DNA of 64,000 bases, from assembly GCA_037146715.1 (NCBI GenBank), contig JBAWWO010000001.1:6433-70432 (forward strand). Reading direction: 5' to 3'. Below, in pieces: positions 37,061-50,444 of this stretch. This DNA comes from Alphaproteobacteria bacterium (lineage in GTDB: Bacteria; Pseudomonadota; Alphaproteobacteria; UBA7879; UBA5542). The translations under genes and the position numbers were made by a program. The notes below the pieces were generated by a model. The model was not told where the DNA came from. It saw only the letters and a program-made list of their open reading frames with translations, and did not search any database. The stretch's first letter is position 1. Each line of letters opens with the position of its first letter.

Positions 37061-38434
37061 ATGACAATTGTAACTCGCTTTGCGCCATCTCCTACAGGAT
37101 TCCTTCACATTGGGGGCGCGCGCACCGCTCTGTTCAACTATTTATTCGCGAAACACAATCAGGGTAAATTTTTATTGCGCATTGAAGATACGGATCGGGA
37201 ACGCTCAACGCAGGCGGCGGTGGATGCCATTTATGCGGGATTGCAATGGCTGGGCTTAAGATGGGATGAAGAACCTGTCTTGCAATCAGCCAACATCAAA
37301 CGCCATCAAGAAGTGGGGGCTGAGCTTTATCATAAGGGTCGGGCTTATTATTGTCAGTGCTCGCCGGAAGCTTTGCAAAATATGCGTGAAGAGGCCATGA
37401 AGAACGGTCAGGCGCCTGGCTATAGTGGGCATTGTCGTCATCAGGGGTTTGCTTCTGGGGCCTTGCGCCTGTTAACGGAAGATCATGGATCCATTCGGCT
37501 TTTTGATCTGGTTCAAGGGGAAGTGACTGTTCAGAATTCCCAAATTGATGACATGGTTTTGCTGCGCAGTGATGGTACACCAACCTATATGCTTTCTGTG
37601 GTAGTGGATGATCATGACATGGGGGTAACCCACGTGATTCGGGGGGATGACCATCTGACCAATATGTTCCGCCAATATCAAATTTATAAGGCTATGGATT
37701 GGAAGGTTCCCCAGTTTACTCATATTCCCTTGATTCACGGGATGGATGGGGCAAAGCTTTCCAAACGCCATGGAGCCGTAGGAGTTGAAGCCTATGAGCA
37801 TATGGGGTATTTGTCGGAAGCTTTGCGGAACTATTTGGTTCGCCTGGGGTGGAGTCATGGGGACGCGGAAATTATTTCGGATCAAGAGGCTATCGAATGG
37901 TTTGATCTGGCCCATGTGGGCAAATCACCGTCTCGGTTTGATTTTAAAAAATTGAACCATTTAAATGCGCATTATATGCGTCTGGCCGATCACAAACGCC
38001 TTGTGGGGCTTATAGAAGACCCTCTCGAAGGCGCGCTGGGTCAGGGGCTTTCAAGTCATCATAAACATGTCCTGGAAAGGGCCATGGGGGGATTAACTCA
38101 ACGGGCAGAAACCTTGAAAGAATTGGCTGAAAATTCCTTGTTTTATGTGCATCCTTTGCCCTTGCCTGTTACGGAGGAAGCGCAAAAGATTTTAGAGGAA
38201 GGGCAAGAGCTACTGACTGTCGTCAAAAATGCTTTGACCGCACAGCAAAACTGGACGGAAGAGGGATTGGAGCAATCGTTTCGGGATCTTGCTGAGGCTC
38301 AGGGACTTAAGTTAGGTAAAGTGGCTCAGCCCGTGCGGGCTGTTCTAGCAGGGGCAACCGTTTCCCCGAGCATCTTCGAGATTATGGAGATCTTAGGGAA
38401 GGACGAGGTACTTAGGCGGTTTGCCTTAATCTAA
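37061..38434 (+). CDS. gltX: glutamate--tRNA ligase
   Basis: RFAPSPTGFLHIGGARTALFNY (HIGH motif) and KLSKRHG (KMSKS). 457 aa. Confidence 0.95.
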   Translation: MTIVTRFAPSPTGFLHIGGARTALFNYLFAKHNQGKFLLRIEDTDRERSTQAAVDAIYAGLQWLGLRWDEEPVLQSANIKRHQEVGAELYHKGRAYYCQCSPEALQNMREEAMKNGQAPGYSGHCRHQGFASGALRLLTEDHGSIRLFDLVQGEVTVQNSQIDDMVLLRSDGTPTYMLSVVVDDHDMGVTHVIRGDDHLTNMFRQYQIYKAMDWKVPQFTHIPLIHGMDGAKLSKRHGAVGVEAYEHMGYLSEALRNYLVRLGWSHGDAEIISDQEAIEWFDLAHVGKSPSRFDFKKLNHLNAHYMRLADHKRLVGLIEDPLEGALGQGLSSHHKHVLERAMGGLTQRAETLKELAENSLFYVHPLPLPVTEEAQKILEEGQELLTVVKNALTAQQNWTEEGLEQSFRDLAEAQGLKLGKVAQPVRAVLAGATVSPSIFEIMEILGKDEVLRRFALI

Positions 38435-39742
38435 TTTCTGTGAAGGTGCCTGACTTAGTTTCACAATACACATTCCAAAGACAAACCAGAAAATTCGCTG
38501 AAAGAGCATGTCGTGAGCAGTACCCATGATTAGGAAAACGGGAACAATCCCAATTAAAATGCGACCTTGAAGTGAAAGGGAATTGGTTTTGTACTGGAGT
38601 ATGATTCTTGAATAGAGATATTTAAGAATTTGTACGCCATACATTAAAAATACAGAAAAACCAATTAGGCCAAATTCAGCCAGTAAAAATATGTAGGAAC
38701 TATGAATAACAAGAAAGTTTTTGTGAGTCAGGAATGTTTCTTTTGTGACCTTCATGGATTCAACAAAAGAACCCAAACCCCCCCCGAAAATGGGACTATT
38801 GAGCCAGATCTTTAATCCTTCAATCATAGAAAAAATTCGTTCCTGATTGGCAGAGGGGTAAGAATAGTACGTTTGAGATATCGAAATATTTAAAGAATTT
38901 ACTCCCAAAAATGAAGTTAAAAGACCAGACATAAAGTCAATAATAGTGCCGCTGTTTATGAGCAACAGCAAAAGCCCAATTATATAAAATATAGTTTTTA
39001 AATTGATAAATTTCAAAAAGTAAAAGAGCAGAAATAGAAAACACATGATGCCTAATGCTGCTCGGGCATAGGTGAAGTAAATGCCTAAACAGATGAAGGC
39101 TATGTAACCGATGGATGAGACTGTTTTTTTTGGGTTAAGGCTTAAATAGGCAAATTGCAAACACATTACAATCAGCAGTTGAAAAGAAAAGGTGTTTCGA
39201 GGTGCAAAACCAGAAAAATAGTCATATAAGTTTCCAACGGGATAATAATAGATTTTGTATTTTATCAGGTAAAAAAATAAAAATTTGACGCTTAAGATTG
39301 TGATCACGGTTGTTGTAAGAACTTCTGCCATCTTCATCAGTCCCTTTTCTTTGAAGGATTCTGCAAATAGGGATCCGAGCATGGCATACCCTATGATGAC
39401 GAACCATCCCAAAAATTTTGTATAAAATGCCCATGTATTTGATCCAAATCTGATCCATCCAACGAACAAGGCCAGTGAGAACGCAATTATGGATGCCAAC
39501 CAAAATAAGTTCGTATAGGGAATTGAGTAAGGAATTTTTCTTTTTTCTAGAAAAAACCTAAGACTTCCTAAGACAAGTCCAGACAATCCAAGGGCATCAG
39601 CTAAATTTATATTGAAATAGATATGCTCATAGCTGACTTTTATTTGAAAAAACAAAAACAGGGCAGTACTGAAAGCTAAAAAGCCGATCAGAGGCTTTTC
39701 TATATTTTTTTCCAATAGAGAGATATTATTTAGTGTTTTCAT
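38426..39742 (-). CDS. O-antigen ligase/polymerase-like (Wzy_C domain) polytopic membrane protein
   Basis: About 11 TM segments with a periplasmic loop NSPIFGGGLGSF resembling the Wzy_C/WaaL signature. Confidence 0.55.
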   Translation of the reverse strand: MKTLNNISLLEKNIEKPLIGFLAFSTALFLFFQIKVSYEHIYFNINLADALGLSGLVLGSLRFFLEKRKIPYSIPYTNLFWLASIIAFSLALFVGWIRFGSNTWAFYTKFLGWFVIIGYAMLGSLFAESFKEKGLMKMAEVLTTTVITILSVKFLFFYLIKYKIYYYPVGNLYDYFSGFAPRNTFSFQLLIVMCLQFAYLSLNPKKTVSSIGYIAFICLGIYFTYARAALGIMCFLFLLFYFLKFINLKTIFYIIGLLLLLINSGTIIDFMSGLLTSFLGVNSLNISISQTYYSYPSANQERIFSMIEGLKIWLNSPIFGGGLGSFVESMKVTKETFLTHKNFLVIHSSYIFLLAEFGLIGFSVFLMYGVQILKYLYSRIILQYKTNSLSLQGRILIGIVPVFLIMGTAHDMLFQRIFWFVFGMCIVKLSQAPSQKLD

Positions 39743-40697
39743 GGAAGATCATCTTTTTTATAAAATTTGGCATGCATACAAGATAGAAAGTGACAATAAT
39801 TAGGACTGTTGCTAAAGAGCCAACCGTAAAGCCAATAAATAGCCCTTTGTGTACTTGTAATCCCAAGAAACCAAAAGCTTTAATAGCAGTCACTTCCCGT
39901 ATGCCCCAGCCATTGGGCGTGATGGGAAGGCTGGCCGCAAAACTAATGATAAAACTGGCAGCCATGACTAATATGGTTGAGGTTTGTGGATCAAAAATTT
40001 TGTATAGGATCATAAAAATACTTCCCATTGCAATCCAAGAAACAAGACTCAAAAAACTTAATAAAAGAATATAGAAAAAATTCTCTAAAAACATGCTCCA
40101 GATTTGTTGTAAAGAGAAAAATTTTTTGATGACGAAGAAAAAAGCAGTTGCGAGAGAAATAAACAGGGGCAATAGTTGGTTGTTTTCTGATAAAATTTTT
40201 TGAAAAAGTTCTCTTTTTAAGATAAATAATCCTGCCAAAGCAAGACTAAAACCTACTGCCAAGCTTATGAAGCGATCTATCAGGTAAGCGGTTACATTAT
40301 GTCCTATTTTTTTGTTTGATTTGCTTAAAACAAGAGTTTGGCCGTAAAAAGAGGTTAGGGAGGGAAAAAAGAGAAGGCTTGAAATTTGGCCTGTTAAAAA
40401 AGCCCGAAATATTTTTATGTAAGGGATGAAGAGGCCCATTTTTTTATAAATTATTTGTAAGCGAAAAGCAGCTACACATAAATTAGACAAGAATATTGCA
40501 GAAACCAGAAAAATGATTGGGAAAGAAAGGGGTTGGAAACAATTTCCTAATTCCTTGAAAGAGCCGGAGAACAAATAAACGCACAAGCCTGTTGTGCCCA
40601 TCAGGCTTAAAAAAAACCAAAACTTTACATTGCGCAAAAAATTCATACTACTATTCCAGTGACCATTTTCTTGATTGTCTCTCAAGAACTTAAACAA
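39726..40697 (-). CDS. flippase-like / lysylphosphatidylglycerol-synthase TM-region family (UPF0104) membrane protein
   Basis: Polytopic. C-terminal SLPITPNGWGIREV matches the conserved P.TPGG.G..E motif. Overlaps the downstream ligase-like gene by 17 nt (operon). Confidence 0.55.
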   Translation of the reverse strand: MFKFLRDNQENGHWNSSMNFLRNVKFWFFLSLMGTTGLCVYLFSGSFKELGNCFQPLSFPIIFLVSAIFLSNLCVAAFRLQIIYKKMGLFIPYIKIFRAFLTGQISSLLFFPSLTSFYGQTLVLSKSNKKIGHNVTAYLIDRFISLAVGFSLALAGLFILKRELFQKILSENNQLLPLFISLATAFFFVIKKFFSLQQIWSMFLENFFYILLLSFLSLVSWIAMGSIFMILYKIFDPQTSTILVMAASFIISFAASLPITPNGWGIREVTAIKAFGFLGLQVHKGLFIGFTVGSLATVLIIVTFYLVCMPNFIKKMIFHENTK

Positions 40698-40794
40698 AAA
40701 GAAAGGTTCTGTAAATCTTAACTTGAGAATTTGTGTGTATTCCCTATATAATTTTTCTTCATAGGTGCAATCAAGGTTTTGCAGTTTTTCTGCA

Positions 40795-40820
40795 TTATCC
40801 GCTTGCGTTCTTTATCCTCA
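40795..40820. promoter_or_regulatory. two DnaA-box-like 9-mers upstream of dnaN
   Basis: TTATCCGCT (40795..40803) and TTATCCTCA (40812..40820), each one mismatch from TTATCCACA, 50-75 nt upstream of the dnaN ATG. Confidence 0.25.
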
Positions 40821-40871
40821 AAACATATACTTTAGTCAATGATGGTAGAAAAGTTGAAGGTGTAATTCCCT

Positions 40872-41987
40872 ATGAAAGTTGTTATTGAAAAATCGATTCT
40901 TTTAAAAGCTATGGCGCATGCTCAAGGCGTTGTTGAGAAAAAGGCGGTTTCTCCTATCCTTTCTAACGTTCTTTTAAAGGCGGCAGATCATGCCCTTACC
41001 ATTACTGCAACGGATTTAGATGTCTCAATCGTTGAAAGCCTGAAAGCCAAGGTAGAAGACGAAGGCGTGACAACAGTTTCAGCTCACACGTTTTATGAGG
41101 TTGTGCGCAAACTGCCCGATGGGCCTATAGAATTATCAGAAACAACAGATACCAACCAGCTTGCCATCAAATCTGGAAAGTCTAAATTTTATCTGCCGGT
41201 CTTGCCGGCAAAAGATTTTTCAACTTTGAAAACAGCCAATTTACCCCATTCTTTTTCCCTGAAGGCAGCTGAGCTGAAATACTTAATCAATAGCACTAGT
41301 TTTGCCATGTCTTTGGAAGAAACGCGCTACACTTTAAATGGCATTTATTTGCACACAAAATCGGTCGACACAGGTTCTGTTTTACGAGCCGTATCAACAG
41401 ATGGTCACCGGCTTGCGTTGGCAGATATGGAAGAGCCTAAGGGGGCTGCCGGAATGCCAGATGTCATTATTCCCCGTAAGACGATTGTTGAACTAAGCAA
41501 ACTGTTGGAAGATGCGACAGACGAAGTCGAAGTTTCCCTTTCTTTAACGCAAATAACTTTTGCTATGAATGGCGTCGTATTGGCTTCGCGCTTGATTGAT
41601 GGAACTTTCCCTGATTATGAAAAGGTTATTCCTACAGATAACGATAGCGTTCTAACAGTTGATTCCAAAAAGTTTTCTGCAGCAGTGGATCGCGTGGCCA
41701 CCATTTCTGATGAGAAAACAAGGGGTGTTAAATTAACAGTTGAGCCCCAGAAAATCATTGTTTCTGCCTCTAGCGTAGATCAGGGAAATGCAACAGAAGA
41801 AGTAGAGGCTATTTATACAGGTAAGCGCCTGTTGGTGGCCTTTAACGTTAGGTATCTTTTGAATATTGCCCAGCAACTGGAAAATGATAACCTGGTCTTC
41901 CATCTTGCAGATGAAAGCGCTCCAGCCATTATCAAGGGAGGGGCAGGCGATGGTACCCTGTACGTTTTGATGCCCATGCGTCTGTGA
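40872..41987 (+). CDS. dnaN: DNA polymerase III beta sliding clamp
   Basis: MKVVIEKSILLKAMAHAQGVVEKK...ILSNVLLKA is the canonical DnaN N-terminus. 371 aa. Followed by recF-gyrB. Confidence 0.95.
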   Translation: MKVVIEKSILLKAMAHAQGVVEKKAVSPILSNVLLKAADHALTITATDLDVSIVESLKAKVEDEGVTTVSAHTFYEVVRKLPDGPIELSETTDTNQLAIKSGKSKFYLPVLPAKDFSTLKTANLPHSFSLKAAELKYLINSTSFAMSLEETRYTLNGIYLHTKSVDTGSVLRAVSTDGHRLALADMEEPKGAAGMPDVIIPRKTIVELSKLLEDATDEVEVSLSLTQITFAMNGVVLASRLIDGTFPDYEKVIPTDNDSVLTVDSKKFSAAVDRVATISDEKTRGVKLTVEPQKIIVSASSVDQGNATEEVEAIYTGKRLLVAFNVRYLLNIAQQLENDNLVFHLADESAPAIIKGGAGDGTLYVLMPMRL

Positions 41988-43156
41988 GCCGTGGGGCAGT
42001 TGCCGCCCGATATCATACAGAAATCGTTCAATCTCGCTGGATTCAGCAACTCAATCTTTTCAATTTCCGTAATTACGATACTCTTCAGCTTAATTTAGAA
42101 AAATCTTCAGCCGTTTTGATTGGCCCTAATGGGGCTGGTAAAACGAATATCTTGGAAGCACTTTCTTTTTTAAGTTCAGGAAAAGGCTTTAGAAAGGCCA
42201 AGTTAGGGGCATTGACCAATTTGGCCTTCCCAGAGAGAGAGTGGTCTGTAGGCGTTGTGCTCGGACTTGATCAGGGGGATTCTATTCACATTGGGACGGG
42301 GCTTCGGGCAGATAAAGAGGAAGAACAACGGGCCATTAAGATTAATCAAACTTTCCAGCCCCAATCCAGTTTAGCTGAATGGGTGACGGTTTTATGGCAA
42401 ATTCCCCAAATGGATTTTTTGTTTTCTGAAAGCTTGTCTAAACGTCGCCGGTTTTTTGATAAGCTTGTGGCGGCATTTGTTCCGGAATATACGCAGCATT
42501 TGTATCGGTATGACCATGCCCTGCGGGAAAGATCACGCTTGCTGCGGGAACGTATGAGTGACCCACAGTGGCTGAAGATTTTAGAGCAAACCATTTCCCA
42601 AGAAGCTATGGCGGTAGTTTCTTTGCGACAATCTTATCTAGAGAACTTATCACCTTTTTGTTCCGAGCATTTTTCTCTGTTCCCGAGAGTTTTAGTCTCT
42701 TTAGCTGGAGAACTAGAACAGTGGTCAGAAACAATGCCCTCCTTAGAGGTTGAAGAACGGTTTCAAGAGTATCTGAAAAACAATAGAGCTCAAGATGCCA
42801 TAACAGGGGGCAGCTCTATGGGGGTTCATCATACCTACGTCCGAATGCACCATGTGGATCAAAATAAACCCATCGAAATCTGTTCGACGGGAGAGCAAAA
42901 AGCCCTTATTTTATCTCTAGTCTTGGCTAATTGTCGATTGCAGACGAATTTGTGCATGAGGACCCCCCTTTTGCTATTAGACGAAATCGTTTCCCATCTT
43001 GATGAAAAGCGCCGTTTATCTTTGTTTGAAGAGATTCAGTCTCTTGGCGTGCAGGCATGGCTTACGGGGACGGATGGGGATGTCTTTGAGCCCTTTAAAA
43101 AACATGCTCAATTTTTTGAGGTTTCTGACGGGAATGTTTTGCCAAAAGACGTGTAA
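41984..43156 (+). CDS. recF: DNA replication and repair protein RecF
   Basis: LNLFNFRNY, Walker A GPNGAGKTNILEA, signature SGGE-like STGEQKAL, Walker B LLLDE. 4-nt overlap with dnaN. Confidence 0.9.
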   Translation: MSRGAVAARYHTEIVQSRWIQQLNLFNFRNYDTLQLNLEKSSAVLIGPNGAGKTNILEALSFLSSGKGFRKAKLGALTNLAFPEREWSVGVVLGLDQGDSIHIGTGLRADKEEEQRAIKINQTFQPQSSLAEWVTVLWQIPQMDFLFSESLSKRRRFFDKLVAAFVPEYTQHLYRYDHALRERSRLLRERMSDPQWLKILEQTISQEAMAVVSLRQSYLENLSPFCSEHFSLFPRVLVSLAGELEQWSETMPSLEVEERFQEYLKNNRAQDAITGGSSMGVHHTYVRMHHVDQNKPIEICSTGEQKALILSLVLANCRLQTNLCMRTPLLLLDEIVSHLDEKRRLSLFEEIQSLGVQAWLTGTDGDVFEPFKKHAQFFEVSDGNVLPKDV

Positions 43157-43182
43157 TCGCTTATAAATAATTCAACCCATAA

Positions 43183-45633
<2,451 letters not shown>

Positions 45634-45642
45634 GGTATCATC

Positions 45643-47484
45643 ATGAAGAGAAAAAACGGCAGAAAATCTAAGAAAGGATCATGGGGTGGGCTTTTGAAAC
45701 TGTTCCTGACTTTAGCCTTGTGGGGATTTATTGCTGTTGGGGGCGTTTTGCTGTGGTATTCGCAAGATCTGCCTAACGTGGAAGATGTTGAAACGGCGTC
45801 AAAACGACCCAGTATTGTTTTCTTAACTCAAGACCACCAAGAAATCGCCGTGGATGGCGATTTATCTGGCGAGATCATTACCTTGAAACAAGTTCCAAAG
45901 CCTTTGATACAGGCCCTGTTGGCAACGGAAGATCAAAACTTCTATAGTCACCATGGGGTGGATTGGTTTGGTATTTTGCGGGCGGCTTTGCGCAACCTGG
46001 TAGCGGGGCGTTTTGCCCAAGGGGGCAGTACGTTGACCCAACAGTTGGCCAAGAATTTGTTCTTGTCGCCGGAAAGATCCATCAGCCGTAAAGTTAAAGA
46101 ATTTTTGCTGGCATTTTGGCTTGAACATCATTTCACAAAAGATGAAATATTAACGATTTACTTAAACCGTGTTTATTTGGGACGCCAGACTTATGGCATT
46201 GACGCGGCGGCTCAACAATATTTTGGAAAACTGCTGCCCTACTTAAATACGGTGGAGTCTGCAGTGATTGTAGGTCTGTTGAAAGCACCTTCTCGGTATG
46301 GCGGCAACAAAAAACTTTTGAAAGAGCGGGCAGCTGTTGTATTAGGTCGCATGAAAGAAGTCGGGTACCTGACAGATGTGCAGTATGAAAAAGCCTTAAA
46401 AAGTCTGCAAACCTTACCGATCACAATTGGCAAACGAGATAATAATGTTCGGTATTTTACAGATTGGATTTCTCAAGAAGCGGGGAAATATATCAATACC
46501 CAAGAAGATATTATCATCATCACAACCCTTGATAAAAGATTGCAGCAAAAAGCATCACATGTTCTTCGATATCAGCTGGAAAGCCATGGAGAAGAGAAAA
46601 AGATACAACAAGCAGCCTTTTTTGCTATGGATCATAGAGGGGCTGTAAAGGCTATGGTGGGGGGCGGAAACTATAATGTGAGTCAATTTAATATTGCGGT
46701 GCAGGCACAACGTCAGCCTGGATCAGCTTTTAAACCAATTATTTATTTAGCAGCGCTTGAGGCAGGATATGATCCTGATAATTTAATTCTATCTGATGAT
46801 TCCTATAAGAACAAAAACTGGACAGTCGAAAATTTTGGATGGGAGGCAAAAGGAGAAGCCAGTATGCGCGATGCTCTTGTCTATTCCTTAAATACGCCAG
46901 CTGTCCGCTTGGCGCAAATGGTTGGGGTTAAGAAAATTATAGATGTGTGCAAGAGAGTTGGTTTTAAAACAGTGCCACCTCATAATTTGAGTATTGCCCT
47001 GGGCACATCAAGTTCCAACCTTTTAGAATTGACGACGATGATGGCTATTTTTGCCAATCACGGCAAGAAAGTAGAACCATATGGTATTCTTGAAATTAGA
47101 TCTATGGATGGCAAGATTTTCTATAAACGTCCAGAGTCTGATCCTGAAGATTCTGGGGTGCAGCTTTTTGATCCCTCTGTTATCAGAGTTCTTGAAGACA
47201 TGTTGCAAGAAGTCATTGAGAGGGGAACGGGGAAAAATGCTTATATCCCTGGAGTAGTGATGCGAGGAAAAACGGGGACCAGTCAAGATTTCCGTGATGC
47301 TTGGTTTGTCGGATACACGCCAGAATTGGTGGGTGGTGTTTGGATGGGGAACCCTAACTATTCGCCCATGAATCGAGTGGTGGGAGGTGTTTTGCCTTCT
47401 GAAACCTGGCGGAAGATTATCTCTGGGTATAGTCAGGCTCCCCAATCCATAGAAGAGGCTGACGAAGTGGGAGAGGTAGACTAA
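45643..47484 (+). CDS. mrcA: class A penicillin-binding protein (transglycosylase + transpeptidase, PBP1A-like)
   Basis: GT51 motifs [20 protein letters not shown]. Transpeptidase SAFKP (SxxK), SLN (SxN), KTGT. N-terminal TM anchor. 613 aa is short for PBP1A. Confidence 0.85.
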   Translation: MKRKNGRKSKKGSWGGLLKLFLTLALWGFIAVGGVLLWYSQDLPNVEDVETASKRPSIVFLTQDHQEIAVDGDLSGEIITLKQVPKPLIQALLATEDQNFYSHHGVDWFGILRAALRNLVAGRFAQGGSTLTQQLAKNLFLSPERSISRKVKEFLLAFWLEHHFTKDEILTIYLNRVYLGRQTYGIDAAAQQYFGKLLPYLNTVESAVIVGLLKAPSRYGGNKKLLKERAAVVLGRMKEVGYLTDVQYEKALKSLQTLPITIGKRDNNVRYFTDWISQEAGKYINTQEDIIIITTLDKRLQQKASHVLRYQLESHGEEKKIQQAAFFAMDHRGAVKAMVGGGNYNVSQFNIAVQAQRQPGSAFKPIIYLAALEAGYDPDNLILSDDSYKNKNWTVENFGWEAKGEASMRDALVYSLNTPAVRLAQMVGVKKIIDVCKRVGFKTVPPHNLSIALGTSSSNLLELTTMMAIFANHGKKVEPYGILEIRSMDGKIFYKRPESDPEDSGVQLFDPSVIRVLEDMLQEVIERGTGKNAYIPGVVMRGKTGTSQDFRDAWFVGYTPELVGGVWMGNPNYSPMNRVVGGVLPSETWRKIISGYSQAPQSIEEADEVGEVD

Positions 47485-48065
47485 TGGCAAAGCTTTATTT
47501 TTATTATTCAGCGATGAATGCGGGCAAGACAACAACACTGTTGCAATCAGCCCATAACTATATGGAGCGGGGTATGAAGACGCTCCTATTTACTCCCAGC
47601 ATTGATACCAGGTATGAGTCAGGAAAAATTATGTCGCGCATTGGGCTTGCTCAAGAGGCAATCTCATTTGACAAAAAATTTGATTTTTATGCATTCATTA
47701 AGGCTGAAAAAGAAAAATCAAAGAAGCCAATCAAGTGCGTTCTTCTAGACGAAGCGCAATTCTTAACAAAAGAACAAGTGCTTCAGTTAAGTGATGTTTC
47801 AGATGGCTTGGGGATTCCGGTGCTGACTTATGGCCTAAGGACAGATTTTTTGGGTGAACTTTTTGAAGGAAGCAAATATCTTTTAGGCATGGCAGAAGAG
47901 CTCATTGAAATAAAAACGATCTGCCACTGCGGCAGCAAAGCCACTATGAACGCCAGAATTGATGAAACGGGCAAAATGGTTCGTGTTGGCAAACAAATAG
48001 AAATTGGCGGCAATGATCGATACGTCTCTTTGTGTCATAAGCATTTCAAGATGGGTCAAGCTTAA
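47484..48065 (+). CDS. tdk: thymidine kinase
   Basis: [22 protein letters not shown]-loop and C-terminal zinc ribbon CHCG....C..H. 193 aa. ATG overlaps the PBP stop. Confidence 0.9.
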   Translation: MAKLYFYYSAMNAGKTTTLLQSAHNYMERGMKTLLFTPSIDTRYESGKIMSRIGLAQEAISFDKKFDFYAFIKAEKEKSKKPIKCVLLDEAQFLTKEQVLQLSDVSDGLGIPVLTYGLRTDFLGELFEGSKYLLGMAEELIEIKTICHCGSKATMNARIDETGKMVRVGKQIEIGGNDRYVSLCHKHFKMGQA

Positions 48066-48264
48066 AAAACTAGCCTTTAGCGTCTTTGAGAGGATGGCCA
48101 AAGCCCGACGAAGTATCAATCTGCTTAAAAAAATATGGACCCTCCCTGTGGGGATCGGGCGTTGATTCCCCAAGCCCTGGCACGACAGTGAGGGCTTCCT
48201 TCTATGGGGCAGATAGTTGCATGCAGATTAATCCTGATTTCTCGGCTTTTTTCTTTAGCTGATT

Positions 48265-48951
48265 TTAATTAGTCTTTTCAATAGGCCGTTTTTCTTTGTT
48301 TGAATAATCTGTATCAATAGTCAAAGGGTATTCTTTTGGGGTTTTGCCTCTTTTTTCCTGGTAATCCTCATAGCTTTTTAGCAAGCAATAAAAAATATGC
48401 TGAGGAGAATAGTAGACTCCTTTTTTCACATTAACTGAAGCCAAGCAATTCTCAGGTTTTTGCCCTTTACCAATTTGCAACTGAATATTAACGTGAGTGC
48501 CGTTGTGTGCATCATAATTTTGAATATCTAACCGAGCATGCCCATCGCTTGAGGTCAACTTAGTGGTTTTTGAAGTTGCATTTTCACTTAAATCAAAGAA
48601 AATATAGTTTGTGTTTAGAAAATCTTTATCTTTTTGACCTTCAAGTCTTCTTTTTCGTTGAGAGTTACTTTCTTTGGAGTGATCAACGAAATTCAAATTT
48701 CTATAATACCTCTCTGCAATTTTTTCAATGGCAACCATCACAAGAGAATCGTCATAGCCTCCAGGGATTTGGGGTTTACCGAAGAATTGGTCATTGGAGA
48801 TAACTGTCTCTATAATTTTTCCTACTATTCTGTGTACGGCATGACGGGGTGGATTTGATTCAACATTATTTTCATCCCCTACAGCAGCCTCAGTTTGTAC
48901 GATTTGACATATGATTAATGCGGCGAAAAAGAATTTTGTAAGCTTTGTCAT
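48265..48951 (-). CDS. hypothetical secreted protein
   Basis: Signal peptide MTKLTKFFFAALIICQIVQTEAA. No recognisable domain. Confidence 0.4.
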   Translation of the reverse strand: MTKLTKFFFAALIICQIVQTEAAVGDENNVESNPPRHAVHRIVGKIIETVISNDQFFGKPQIPGGYDDSLVMVAIEKIAERYYRNLNFVDHSKESNSQRKRRLEGQKDKDFLNTNYIFFDLSENATSKTTKLTSSDGHARLDIQNYDAHNGTHVNIQLQIGKGQKPENCLASVNVKKGVYYSPQHIFYCLLKSYEDYQEKRGKTPKEYPLTIDTDYSNKEKRPIEKTN

Positions 48952-49015
48952 GATTCCTCCAGGTTTTTTAAAAGCAGATCAAGCTCTCATAAAAGGAGGG
49001 AGGTGTCAATAGCGT

Positions 49016-49582
49016 TTATACAGGTAAAGATCCAAGGCGCGCAATCAGCCCCTGTACCATGGCTGCCATGGCAGCCATCTGACCGGGGAACATATATTGC
49101 ATGTTCTGGGAAACCATTTGCACCATAGCAGCTGCATAGGAGGCCTGAATATGAATCATGCGCACAATCACGTGGGGGTAAATCATAGAATCCCAAGTGC
49201 TTGACATGACCGTTGCAGGCGGCACATAGAAAGGCCGTTGGACAGTGATATCATAGGGCAGGTAAGATTGCATGCCGGCGGCTTCGTTAGAAGCATTCGC
49301 AACAGTTGAATTCGAAAGGGTTTGGGCAACAGATGCAATGGCCGCTGAAACTTGCTGTGCATTTGTGGCATTTTGGAACTGGCTGGCGTTATAACTGGCA
49401 TAGCTATTTAGTTTGAAGGCAAGCTGCTGCAAACCATTCCGTAAGTTCTGCCCATCGATAGATAGCATGGCAGCTGTTTGAACCACACCCAAAGCATCTG
49501 CTGCAACCACGCCAGGCGGACTATTGCAGCACGACAAAAGCAGTGCAAAAAAACAAGATAGAAGAGTCGACAGTCGTTTCAT
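49016..49582 (-). CDS. hypothetical secreted/lipo-protein, Ala/Gln/Met-rich
   Basis: Signal peptide with a possible lipobox (LLLSCC). A/Q/S-rich N-half and M/A/Q-rich C-half. No known domain. Confidence 0.4.
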   Translation of the reverse strand: MKRLSTLLSCFFALLLSCCNSPPGVVAADALGVVQTAAMLSIDGQNLRNGLQQLAFKLNSYASYNASQFQNATNAQQVSAAIASVAQTLSNSTVANASNEAAGMQSYLPYDITVQRPFYVPPATVMSSTWDSMIYPHVIVRMIHIQASYAAAMVQMVSQNMQYMFPGQMAAMAAMVQGLIARLGSLPV

Positions 49583-49639
49583 GTTTACCTTATATACTAG
49601 TTGATACTAGCAAATTTGAAACCGTCTGGAAATAAAAAT

Positions 49640-50278
49640 CTAATGCAAAGTTCGCGTAGATAATTTATAGGCAAAATAAACCATATAGGTGCCCATGGCT
49701 CGGTTGATCCAGATACCCCCTTTGTGAATCAAATACTTCACGTGGGTTTGGGACGAGGTCACGGCCAGCAAGCTGTACCAACAGAGAGAGCTTAACACCA
49801 ACAGCAGCCCGTAAATAGCCTGAATATAAAAAGGGGTATGAACGCTGACGGTTGAAGCAAAAATGGAAATAAACGCCAGAGACGCCTGGGGGTGCAAAAT
49901 GTCAATGGTAAAGCCCATCTTAAAGGCTTTTTTCGGGGTAAAATTCTGTTTATAGGTAATATATTTGGGGTCTTGGGGGCCCAAGGTGCCCTTGCTGCGG
50001 AACATTTTGAAGGCCAAGTAAAGTAAATAAAGGCTGCCCGCGTATTTCAGGGCGGTAAACAAAGCGGGGTGTTGGGCCACGAACTTACCAAACCCAAGAA
50101 TAGAGTAAGTTTTGTGAATGAAGGTACTGCATACAATCCCAAAGCCCGTATATAGACCGATTTTTCGAGAGTAATGGCTGCTGTTATGAATCATCAGAGC
50201 AGTCTCTGGCCCCGGACTCGCCAAGTTCAAAAAGTTCATGCAGAACAAATTCGCAAATTCAATAAAATATATTTCCAT
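49640..50278 (-). CDS. LysE/RhtB family translocator (paralog of 36378..36998)
   Basis: N-terminal helix followed by SPGPETAL, as in the LysE family. Six predicted TM segments. 212 aa. Confidence 0.6.
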   Translation of the reverse strand: MEIYFIEFANLFCMNFLNLASPGPETALMIHNSSHYSRKIGLYTGFGIVCSTFIHKTYSILGFGKFVAQHPALFTALKYAGSLYLLYLAFKMFRSKGTLGPQDPKYITYKQNFTPKKAFKMGFTIDILHPQASLAFISIFASTVSVHTPFYIQAIYGLLLVLSSLCWYSLLAVTSSQTHVKYLIHKGGIWINRAMGTYMVYFAYKLSTRTLH

Positions 50279-50444
50279 AGGCTTATACTTAGGTTTTTTT
50301 CAAAGAATTGGCAAGCAGTTTTGGGGGAATAAAAACTATTATGAAAAGGATTTTCAAGTGGTATGAGCCTATACACGGTTAAGATGTTGCTGGCCAAATG
50401 TAAATGTGCTAGATAGTGGAGGACTTGTAACAACGGAGTTGAAA

